Below, piece by piece: positions 25,031 to 32,321 of a stretch of 32,321 nt of DNA. A model generated the notes under the pieces. The model did not search any database and was not told the origin of the DNA. It saw nothing but the letters and a program-made list of their open reading frames with translations. Numbering within the stretch: the first letter of the stretch is position 1; the number at the start of each line of letters is the position of its first letter. Source of the DNA: Candidatus Parcubacteria bacterium (GTDB lineage: Bacteria; Patescibacteriota; Minisyncoccia; Phycocordibacterales; SBAW01); NCBI GenBank assembly GCA_014379165.1, contig JACMMG010000006.1, positions 1-32,321 of the forward strand, read 5' to 3'. Made by a program: the position numbers and the translations under genes.

Positions 25031-25047
25031 TACGATATATCATACTA
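25031..25047. promoter_or_regulatory. Degenerate third copy of the palindrome core (TACGATATATCATACTA)
   Basis: The minus strand reads ATAGTATGATATATCGTA and shares TATGATATATC with the two perfect sites. It lies 15 nt upstream of the -35 listed above. Confidence 0.35.
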
Positions 25048-25062
25048 TTTAGGAGAACCTCT

Positions 25063-25836
25063 CTACTCCCACGTTTCCTTCCCCTCTGCTTTCAATTTTT
25101 CAATGACATTTTCTGCAAGGCCAATTTCGTAGAGAGAATCAATATCGATATCGCGCCATTTTTCAAACGGGAGCGGCAAGATCTTCGACCCACTCATCGA
25201 GTGAAGTTCGGTTATAACCTCAGACCGCACCACGTCAACATAGCCAGAGTGTCGCCAAACGCTTGGAAGGAGCTGGCGTGGCATGTTATAAGCCTCGGGA
25301 TATTTTTTAAATACTTCTGGAAAAACTTTCGGCAAAAGAGGTTGCAGGAATCCGCTATTCTCGTCGAGCGTATACATTTTAAACGGTGTATGCAGAGGTT
25401 CACATATCGAGCGCACCGATTGCGCGTCCGGGTGCGCTAGTAGTAGCTCTACTCCCCTATTAATATCTGCGGCTTTTTTAAGTGGTGTTGTAGGACGCAA
25501 ATGTACGACAGCATCTGGTACATACTGTTCGCGTTTCTGTAATTCAGCGAGTACATATTCAAATACAGCAAGATCAGGCGTATCATCTTGTGCAAGCTCA
25601 ACTGGGCGCATAAACGGCACTTCTACGCCGTACGAACGTGCGACTTCAGCCATTTCTTCATCATCAGTTGAAATGATGAGACGAGTAATTGATTTGGCAT
25701 GTTTTGCTGCCTCGATTGTGTAGTACATAAGAGGCTTCCCCGCGCATGCAGCAATACTTTTTTTATGAAATGATTTGGAGCCACCTCGGGCGAGGATGAC
25801 ACCTAAAATTTCTTTTTTGTCTTTAGTATCCGCCAT
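25063..25836 (-). CDS. neuA: Acylneuraminate (nonulosonate) cytidylyltransferase family, CMP-NulO synthetase
   Basis: The N-terminus ILGVILARGGSKSFHKKSIAACAGKPLMYYTIEAA matches the CTP_transf_3/NeuA signature (ARGGSK ... KPL--YTI). Confidence 0.88.
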   Translation of the reverse strand: MADTKDKKEILGVILARGGSKSFHKKSIAACAGKPLMYYTIEAAKHAKSITRLIISTDDEEMAEVARSYGVEVPFMRPVELAQDDTPDLAVFEYVLAELQKREQYVPDAVVHLRPTTPLKKAADINRGVELLLAHPDAQSVRSICEPLHTPFKMYTLDENSGFLQPLLPKVFPEVFKKYPEAYNMPRQLLPSVWRHSGYVDVVRSEVITELHSMSGSKILPLPFEKWRDIDIDSLYEIGLAENVIEKLKAEGKETWE

Positions 25837-25844
25837 AGACAGTA

Positions 25845-26417
25845 TTATGCTGCAGGAAGTGTTGCCTCGTCGATGCCGCGAGCGTCGAGAACTAACTCGG
25901 TAAATTCGCGCACAGCTCCTTCGCCGCCCGCCGTTTCGAGATTGATATCCGCGATTTTTTTGATAAGTCGGCGAGCATTTTGGGGCGCAACCTTTAAGCC
26001 TACTTTTTGCATGGCTTCAAGGTCAGTGCGATCATCACCTAGATAAGCGCACTCTGCCCATGTAATACCGTGCTTGTGCATCCAGGCCTCAAGCGAAGGG
26101 ACTTTTCCGTCTTTCTTGAGCTCATCTGTAATCAGTTCCACAGACGCCCACTCGCCGCTTCGTACCGATGGAAGGTCGTTGATCTTTTCAACAATGCTCA
26201 CAAGTGGTTCGCCTTCACCCGTTGCAAACACGATCTTAATCCCAAGGGCACGCAAAAAAGAAAGTCCTTGCCCATCGTGGAAATGGCGTTTCTTCATAAT
26301 TGAAACTTTGCCATCAATAACTGCACGGTATTCATGCCCAGTAAACCAAACGCCATCCGCATCAAGCATAAGGCCTTTGAACGAGCTTAGTTTTGACTGA
26401 AGTTCTTCGTTAGTCAT
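25845..26417 (-). CDS. HAD-IIIA phosphatase of the KdsC/YrbI subfamily (ulosonate-phosphate phosphatase)
   Basis: Motif I is LDADGVWFTG and motif IV is LGDDRTDLEAM. The size (about 190 aa) is typical for KdsC-like enzymes. I prefer the ATG at 26417 (8-nt overlap with the upstream gene) over the track's TTG at 26426. Confidence 0.85.
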   Translation of the reverse strand: MTNEELQSKLSSFKGLMLDADGVWFTGHEYRAVIDGKVSIMKKRHFHDGQGLSFLRALGIKIVFATGEGEPLVSIVEKINDLPSVRSGEWASVELITDELKKDGKVPSLEAWMHKHGITWAECAYLGDDRTDLEAMQKVGLKVAPQNARRLIKKIADINLETAGGEGAVREFTELVLDARGIDEATLPAA

Positions 26418-27282
26418 TGTGTGCAATTGCTATAAGCGTATCAGTTTGATCAGACTCTTTCAAAATTTTTTCATATGCTTCCTCGGCACCCTGCACTCGC
26501 AACTCTGGCCGACGATTTTGCCCGCCGGGTTTTCCATCTACAAACCAGCCCACGTGGTTAGCAAGCGGATATCGTTGGAAACCATTTATCTGGATATTCT
26601 TAAAACCGGCTCGTTCAAGCAAAGCGTGCAAACTTTCTTTAGTATGGAGGATAAGATGCTCGCTCCAAAGAGAAAAAGCTTTAAACGAGTCGAGTTGTAG
26701 TAGTGCGTCGCGTGCATGGGGTACTTCTATCACTACAATACCCCCTGGCCGTAGTGTTTCTCGTACTCTAGAAAGGACAGCAAGTGGCTCGATAACATGC
26801 TCTACAACGTGAAATAAGGTTGCTACGTCGTACTGCTCTTTGGGCGCATCTTGAGGCAAGTGATACACGGTATGTCCAAGCGCCTGAAGCTCTTTGCGGA
26901 TATATTCTTGTGGCTCAACGCCATCGACTTTTTTGGCCACTCCTTTCCAATAATCAAGTAGTGCGCCAGTGCCACAACCGATATCTATCACATCTTTCCC
27001 TTCTATCAGTGAACGAAATTGCTCACTCCGGCGAATATCATCGTCGTGATATAGCTTCAAAGCTTCATCTCGAGTCTTTCCTCCCCAATACGTACCACCG
27101 TCTATCTCATCGTAGTGAGAAACCGACATATGGTCAGTCTTACTTAAAAAAATCACTCCCGATTTTCTATCTCGCAGGATCTCAATATCTTCCCTATCTC
27201 GCGCACGGGGATAGAAAGGTATTATTGTCTCCTCGCTTGCCATACCAAGCTCTAAGAGAAGCTCTTTTGCTTTGTTCTCCAT
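26410..27282 (-). CDS. Class I SAM-dependent methyltransferase embedded in the NulO operon
   Basis: Motif I is VIDIGCGTGALLDY, followed by DVATLFHVVEHV. It sits 2 nt downstream of the neuB-like stop. Confidence 0.85.
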   Translation of the reverse strand: MENKAKELLLELGMASEETIIPFYPRARDREDIEILRDRKSGVIFLSKTDHMSVSHYDEIDGGTYWGGKTRDEALKLYHDDDIRRSEQFRSLIEGKDVIDIGCGTGALLDYWKGVAKKVDGVEPQEYIRKELQALGHTVYHLPQDAPKEQYDVATLFHVVEHVIEPLAVLSRVRETLRPGGIVVIEVPHARDALLQLDSFKAFSLWSEHLILHTKESLHALLERAGFKNIQINGFQRYPLANHVGWFVDGKPGGQNRRPELRVQGAEEAYEKILKESDQTDTLIAIAHND

Positions 27283-27284
27283 AG

Positions 27285-28151
27285 TTAAAACCTCTTGAGT
27301 TTTTTGCGCTGTACTTCTTCAACATCAAGCACATCTTTCTTTTTATAGGTCAGTGCGTGCTGGGTCGCTGCTAGGTCCCGCACAAGGCGACGCATACCAT
27401 CGGGCTCAAGGCTTGCGGCGTGGTCGGTTCCCTTCCAGGTACGATTAAGCGTAAAATGTCGCTCAATGTAATTTGCGCCAAGAGCGTACGCAACATTATC
27501 AATGGCAATACCATTATGATGTCCTGAGAAACCAATGTCCTTCACAATACTTCCGTAAGTTTCTTGAAGCCGTTTTATCTCAAGCAAGCAAACATCTTCA
27601 AATTCAACAGGGTATCCCGAGGTGCATGCATAGAGCACTGTATCTTTTGCTCTGCCATGAGAAACCATGCAGTCGACTATTTTCTTTTCTTCTTCATGGG
27701 TCGTCATGCCAAACGAAATATGGATGTCCCCTTTATAGTTTTTGGCCAAATACTCGAGCATTTCAAACTGCATATTGCTTGCTGATGGTATTTTTATCTT
27801 CTTAGGATTGAGCGCACTTATCTCCTTCGCAGATGTCATATCCCATACAGAGGTAGAATATTCAATGCCTATTTCTTCGGCATATCGCTTGAGTTCGGCA
27901 TGCTGCTCGTTACTAAATTCCAAGAATTCCCGATGTTCCCCATAGGTCTCCCCATAGCTATTCGCAGGATTTGGATGCGGCGCATTGTATTCTTCTGGTG
28001 TTAGCAATTCTTTATTATTGCGTTTCTGGAATTTGACAACATCAGCCTTACAAAAGATCTTTGCAGTAAGGATCATTTCTTTTGCAATTTCGAAATCTCC
28101 CTTATGGTTGCCACCTATTTCGGCTATAACTATAGGTTTTTGTTCGTACAT
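27285..28151 (-). CDS. neuB: NeuB-family nonulosonate synthase, short form without a C-terminal SAF domain
   Basis: Motifs IVIAEIGGNHKGDFEIAKEMILTAKIFCKADVVKFQ, SGHHNG and IERHFTL are present. The protein ends at residue 288, right after the barrel region. Confidence 0.88.
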   Translation of the reverse strand: MYEQKPIVIAEIGGNHKGDFEIAKEMILTAKIFCKADVVKFQKRNNKELLTPEEYNAPHPNPANSYGETYGEHREFLEFSNEQHAELKRYAEEIGIEYSTSVWDMTSAKEISALNPKKIKIPSASNMQFEMLEYLAKNYKGDIHISFGMTTHEEEKKIVDCMVSHGRAKDTVLYACTSGYPVEFEDVCLLEIKRLQETYGSIVKDIGFSGHHNGIAIDNVAYALGANYIERHFTLNRTWKGTDHAASLEPDGMRRLVRDLAATQHALTYKKKDVLDVEEVQRKKLKRF

Positions 28152-28185
28152 ATATATTTTAGGATAAGCGATACTCTATCATATA

Positions 28186-30087
28186 TTACATTTCTTGCTT
28201 CTTTGCCAGTTTCCGCACTACATCTGCCATCTTTTGTGATGCCTTGCCATCAAAAGAGAAGTTTTGTTCCATAAAGCGGTCCGCCTTTCCTACCAGCTCT
28301 TTTCGATGTCCCGGGTCACGCGCCAAAAGCTCAAACGAACGGGTAAGCTCTTCTTGAGTGTGCACAACATGCAAAATCTCGTCTGGGATATAGTGCCTTA
28401 AATCTTCGCCAAAGGCCGCGTGCATCGCCAGAGTTCCATTGAATACAGTTGGTCTACCTGAGATGAGCCCCTCAAGTACAGTGGTTGAATAAATGGTAAC
28501 TACAACATCTGACTCGGCAATAACATCCACAAGCGACTCATACTGGGCAATGCGGTACGGAACTTTTCCGAACGCTTCTGCAATTACGCGACGATAGAAA
28601 ACTTCATTGTCAGGGTCAGGACGTAATTTAAGTATACACAGCGAGTTAGGAACACGTGCAGCTGCTGACGCCAAGCTTTGTAAATATTCGACAACCTCAT
28701 ACGAGTCAGACCAAGAGTGGGGCAATATTGCCGGTACGATGCATCCAAATGTAAAAGGCTTCCCTTGCACAGGGCGAGTAGCATCCTTTTCACGCATTGT
28801 TTTATATACATCAAAGCGCGGGGAACCAATACTAAAAAGTTTCTCCTGTTTGTAGCCAGCGCGCTCCTCGAATTCTTTGCTGGTAAGAGACCCGTAGGTT
28901 GCTGCATATTCTGCAGCACGCCGTTTAAAGAAAGAATTCTGACCAAGCGGCAATAAACCATGCTGAAGTTCGATTGAAGGTATCTTAAGCGCACGTGCCA
29001 CATAGCAAAGAATCGCGAAATGTATCTGACCAGATGCCCCTGCCCGTACCATAACGATATCTGGACGCACACGCTTATATGCAGCATAGGTCCCGTCGAT
29101 TGCCCGAACGGCACGTACGCCACCTACTGTTACGAGTCTCTGAAGTGCCACCAGTAGAAGTGGTTTAAGCGCATGCCCGCGAAATTGCGCTTGTGTAAGA
29201 GGCACATTATTTTCTTCTACTTTTCTCCACTGTTTTAAAAAACTGTCTACCTGTTGTGAAGCCACCTTGTATTGTGCGCGAGAGAGATAATTCTCAACAT
29301 GGATAAACTGCATGCGATGCTGAGAAATAGAACGCAAGCCCGCCTTGCGGGACTCTGCCCTGTCTAGCAGTACGATCTCCACTTCGGGAAGCGTTCCTAT
29401 AAGTGAAGAAATATTCTTCCAATATTCCGAAGCCAGTACGCGAATTTTCTTCTGAGGGACAAAAAGGGCAATCAATGTATTCAGTACAAAGAGGAACCAC
29501 CCGAATAGTCTGCGTTGAAAATAAAACCACGCTGTATCAATACGTTTGAGCAAGGATGCGCTTCTTCGCTCGGCCTTTGGAGCAATGATAGTGAAACCAA
29601 CCTTTTCTCCTACTAACCGCGCGGCATCTGTCATGCCAGTATTTTCAAGTTCAGCTAAAATACCTCCTGTTTCAAAAACAAATTGTGAGGGGGGTAAAAC
29701 GACGAGATTTTTATACTCCGGATATTTTTGTGCAAGAGTCGTCATGACATCAAGCGCATATAGCATATATATTACGTACAACTGAAAGACTGGTACAAAT
29801 ACATCAACCAAATTGACATCACGATACGAAAGGAAAGAAAAAGTCGGATCATCCAAGATCTCACGACCTATTTTTTCTGCATAGTCGAGAGACTCTTCGT
29901 GCGAGACGGTACGCAGCCCTCGACCTGAGTCAAAGAGAATATTCTGCGCCTTAAGCGCATATTCAACATTGAGACCAAGCGCAATGACTATAGAATCCTT
30001 TTTTTCCGCCTCTGAAAAGACGGAAAGCATGTTCTTTAGAAATGGGACTTGTCCCTCTTCGTATATAAAAATGGCGGTTTTGTTCAT
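28186..30087 (-). CDS. Large GT-B-like protein: TagF/KpsS/epimerase_2-like C-terminal half, novel N-terminal half, one internal hydrophobic helix. Candidate glycan polymerase or ulosonate transferase.
   Basis: 633 aa. The C-terminal half carries RPDIVMVRAGASGQIHFAILCYVARALKIPSIELQHG, GSPRFDVY (compare the GxPRxD of TagF-like enzymes) and SDVVVTIYSTTVLEGLISGRPTVF. The hydrophobic segment is LFGWFLFVLNTLIALFV. Confidence 0.5.
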   Translation of the reverse strand: MNKTAIFIYEEGQVPFLKNMLSVFSEAEKKDSIVIALGLNVEYALKAQNILFDSGRGLRTVSHEESLDYAEKIGREILDDPTFSFLSYRDVNLVDVFVPVFQLYVIYMLYALDVMTTLAQKYPEYKNLVVLPPSQFVFETGGILAELENTGMTDAARLVGEKVGFTIIAPKAERRSASLLKRIDTAWFYFQRRLFGWFLFVLNTLIALFVPQKKIRVLASEYWKNISSLIGTLPEVEIVLLDRAESRKAGLRSISQHRMQFIHVENYLSRAQYKVASQQVDSFLKQWRKVEENNVPLTQAQFRGHALKPLLLVALQRLVTVGGVRAVRAIDGTYAAYKRVRPDIVMVRAGASGQIHFAILCYVARALKIPSIELQHGLLPLGQNSFFKRRAAEYAATYGSLTSKEFEERAGYKQEKLFSIGSPRFDVYKTMREKDATRPVQGKPFTFGCIVPAILPHSWSDSYEVVEYLQSLASAAARVPNSLCILKLRPDPDNEVFYRRVIAEAFGKVPYRIAQYESLVDVIAESDVVVTIYSTTVLEGLISGRPTVFNGTLAMHAAFGEDLRHYIPDEILHVVHTQEELTRSFELLARDPGHRKELVGKADRFMEQNFSFDGKASQKMADVVRKLAKKQEM

Positions 30088-30151
30088 ACCGTCTTATATT
30101 TTATAACCTCCTCACACGGACTTTGGTTTCCATAGTGTAGGGTCTAAAAAC

Positions 30152-31036
30152 CTATCGCATTGGAGCTTTTCCAACCGTATAAATAAGGAGCATGCGCAGG
30201 TACACATCGATCTTGAGCATCACCCACATTAGGGGCGCATATAATGGGTAATTTTTCTTAAAATAGATATTAAGCGCTCGGTAGTATTCCCGCTCGCGCG
30301 AGACTTCTGAGCGCTTGGCAAAAGAGACAGATTTAATGTGCGTGGCAGGTGCATCGGGAACGAGAAATATTTTATATCCCTTGTTATACAAACGCTTGCA
30401 AAGGTCAACATCAATAAAAAGAAGGCGGTAGTCTGGATCAAAAATAGAATCTCCGAGTGCTTCGCGCCGCAATATCAAGCATGCAACCGGCGGCTGCTCT
30501 AACTCTGAGAGCTTCGTAAAATCGAGATCGATGTAGTGATACCACTTATAGTAGCGCAAACCCATGAAGTATTTATCCAAAAAGCGCCCCATGGGGGTAG
30601 TATAAAAACACAAAAGAGGCGTCATAAGCCGGCGATAGTAATTTTGGAAGGAGCCGTCCGGGTTAAGCAAGTTGCCTGTGGCAGCACCCACCTCAGAATG
30701 TGTCTCCATAAACTTAAACAGCGTCAAGAGGGTTCCGGGCTTTAGGCGTGCATCGGCATCAAGCGTAAGGATATATTTTGCCTGTGTCTGTGGAAGAATA
30801 ACGTTAACAGCTGCAAACCCAACGTTCACTTCATTTTGTATGAAGGTAAAACGAGGGTCATTCTTATATTTTTCGTCGACATGTGCAAAACCGCCATCAG
30901 AAGAAACATCATCTATTACAAATACATCAAAATCTATATCGCCCACACTCAACACAATAGACTCGAACGCCTCGTTAAGAAGGTCAGAGCTGTTGCGGTT
31001 AGAGACTACTATAGAAATGTCAGGAGTCTTTTGCAC
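30152..31036 (-). CDS. GT2 family glycosyltransferase
   Basis: Motifs present: ISIVVSNRNSSDLL, VFVIDDVSSDGG, LDADARL. Confidence 0.9.
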   Translation of the reverse strand: MQKTPDISIVVSNRNSSDLLNEAFESIVLSVGDIDFDVFVIDDVSSDGGFAHVDEKYKNDPRFTFIQNEVNVGFAAVNVILPQTQAKYILTLDADARLKPGTLLTLFKFMETHSEVGAATGNLLNPDGSFQNYYRRLMTPLLCFYTTPMGRFLDKYFMGLRYYKWYHYIDLDFTKLSELEQPPVACLILRREALGDSIFDPDYRLLFIDVDLCKRLYNKGYKIFLVPDAPATHIKSVSFAKRSEVSREREYYRALNIYFKKNYPLYAPLMWVMLKIDVYLRMLLIYTVGKAPMR

Positions 31037-31040
31037 GGCA

Positions 31041-32081
31041 CTATAGTATCACTTTTTGCAGAGCTTTTGGCAAAGGAACCTCTGCCGCTTCGAGATCGGC
31101 TTTTAGTATTATTTTTACCAGCTCTTTGAATTTTACTTTTGGTTTCCATCCAAACTTGCGGCGCGCTTTTGAAAAGTCGCCTTTGAGCAACTCCACTTCT
31201 GTCGGGCGAAAATAATTAGGGTCGATCTTAACATATTTCTTCCAATCAAGGCCGACGAGCCTAAACGCCTCTTCTACCAAATCGCGCACGCTGTGTGTCT
31301 CGCCTGTTGCAATCACATAATCATCCGGCATTTTTTGCTGAAGCATCAGCCACATTGCTTCGACATATTCCGGAGCAAACCCCCAGTCACGCCGAGCATC
31401 GAGATTACCCAAATATATGGCGTCAGCTTTGCCACTTAAAATTTTTGCAATACCGGTTGTTATTTTACGAGTAACGAACGTTTCTCCGCGACGGGGAGAT
31501 TCATGATTAAAAAGAATGCCGCTGCTTGCATGCATGCCATATGCTTCGCGGTAATTCTTGGTCATCTGAAATGCAAAAGTTTTTGCTACAGCATAGGGGC
31601 TGCGCGGGTTAAAGGGTGTGTCTTCATTTTGCGGTGTTTCCAGGACCTCGCCATACATTTCGCTCGAAGCAGCGTTATAAAAACGTATTGGAAGTTTGCT
31701 TTGGCGTATTGCCTCAAGCACACGCAGGGTGCCGATTGCATCTATCTCAGCCGTATATTCTGGCAAGTCAAAGCTCACACGCACATGGCTTTGTGCGCCA
31801 AGATGATATATCTCGTCGGGCTTATGTTCGAGGATTATCTGGCTGAGCGCATTAGAGTCCTGTAGGTCACCGTAATGAAGATGCAGGCGAGACTCTTCGT
31901 GCAAGTCTTTGAGGATGCCTGTGAGCCGCTGCGTATTGAAAGAGGATGAGCGGCGGATAATGCCGTGTACTTCGTACCCCTTTTTAAGCAGAAATTCGGC
32001 CAAGTATGAGCCGTCCTGGCCGGTAATGCCGGTTATAAGAGCCTTTTTTCTCTTGGTTTTCCCCCCAGGGCGTTTTGCCAT
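31041..32081 (-). CDS. gmd: GDP-mannose 4,6-dehydratase
   Basis: [41 protein letters not shown] is present, and the similarity continues in family style along the full length. I prefer the ATG at 32081 (MAKRPGG) over the track's TTG at 32126, but the start is not certain. Confidence 0.95.
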   Translation of the reverse strand: MAKRPGGKTKRKKALITGITGQDGSYLAEFLLKKGYEVHGIIRRSSSFNTQRLTGILKDLHEESRLHLHYGDLQDSNALSQIILEHKPDEIYHLGAQSHVRVSFDLPEYTAEIDAIGTLRVLEAIRQSKLPIRFYNAASSEMYGEVLETPQNEDTPFNPRSPYAVAKTFAFQMTKNYREAYGMHASSGILFNHESPRRGETFVTRKITTGIAKILSGKADAIYLGNLDARRDWGFAPEYVEAMWLMLQQKMPDDYVIATGETHSVRDLVEEAFRLVGLDWKKYVKIDPNYFRPTEVELLKGDFSKARRKFGWKPKVKFKELVKIILKADLEAAEVPLPKALQKVIL

Positions 32082-32125
32082 GATAATTTGAACTTCAAAG
32101 ATACCCTGTGATAGCATTACACGCA

Positions 32126-32321
32126 ATGGAGAAAGAAAGTCGAATATTTCTTGCGGGCGGGAGCGGCTTAGTAGGTTCAGCTACCTTACGGGCACTTAGA
32201 GCTCGAGGTTATAGTAATATTCTTGCCCCTACTCATAAGGAACTAAACTTAACTGATAAAGTTGCAGTCGAACGTTTTTTTGCAATGCAAAAACCCGAGT
32301 ACGTCATTTTGGCTGCCGCTC
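32126..32321 (+). CDS. fcl: GDP-L-fucose synthase (GDP-4-keto-6-deoxymannose 3,5-epimerase/4-reductase), 5' fragment
   Basis: Hand-translated from ATG 32126: [65 protein letters not shown]. This matches the Fcl N-terminus pattern (GxxGxVGSA ... ELNL-D---V--FF ... V-LAAA). The gene runs off the window. Confidence 0.85.
   Translation, partial: MEKESRIFLAGGSGLVGSATLRALRARGYSNILAPTHKELNLTDKVAVERFFAMQKPEYVILAAA

Noticed and set aside
28161-28185. Fourth possible regulator site (CTATCATATAT) between the 633-aa gene and neuB.
   Set aside because: It is only a half-site-like match with one mismatch, set in a 34-bp AT-rich gap. That is too weak to call on its own. It is mentioned under the third-site finding only.
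1-32321. CRISPR arrays, IS elements or transposases, integrases, prophage, toxin-antitoxin or other defence loci, and alternative genetic code (UGA recoding).
   Set aside because: - No spaced direct repeats and no transposase-, integrase- or nuclease-like ORFs were seen.
- The only repeated element is the palindrome near the YerC-like gene.
- TGA functions as a stop in the ATGA overlaps at 6964-6967 and 19315-19318.
- Long family-assignable ORFs are intact under code 11.

Overview
The window is densely coding, with about 30 CDS, mostly on the minus strand. The genetic code is standard: TAA and TGA act as stops, and there are several ATGA start/stop overlaps. Gene content (short Obg, stand-alone gatB, secA-murB neighbourhood, membrane-tethered HTH proteins, many GT-C/GT2 membrane glycosyltransferases) suggests a small-genome bacterium without LPS, possibly Patescibacteria/CPR. 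That assignment is inference only.

- **1-11.7 kb:** a minus-strand housekeeping array. It holds two paralogous HTH-TM proteins, gatB, obg, a possible 44-aa membrane peptide, a ccdA-like gene, an M24 peptidase, an EamA transporter, secA and murB.
- **11.8-12.1 kb:** a GC-rich, hairpin-dense non-coding spacer. It is a candidate structured RNA whose class I could not identify.
- **12.2-32.3 kb:** a surface-glycan island. It contains:
  - a Wzy_C/TPR ligase-like protein, GtrA, two GT39-like GT-C enzymes and two polyprenyl-phosphate-sugar-synthase-like GT2 enzymes;
  - an MsbA/PglK-like ABC exporter and four SAM methyltransferases;
  - a TrpR-like YerC-family regulator bracketed by perfect 20-bp and 24-bp palindromes;
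  - a high-GC GT-B gene with its own promoter and terminator;
  - a nonulosonic-acid operon (NeuB without a SAF domain, KdsC-type phosphatase, methyltransferase, CMP-transferase);
  - a 633-aa TagF/KpsS-like protein, another GT2, and divergent gmd/fcl.

I saw no rRNA, tRNA, CRISPR array, transposase, integrase or recognisable defence gene.

The best candidates for something new are:
1. the regulator-plus-palindrome module;
2. the phosphorylated-route NulO/fucose/methyl glycan system;
3. the unidentified structured RNA;
4. the membrane-tethered HTH pair.
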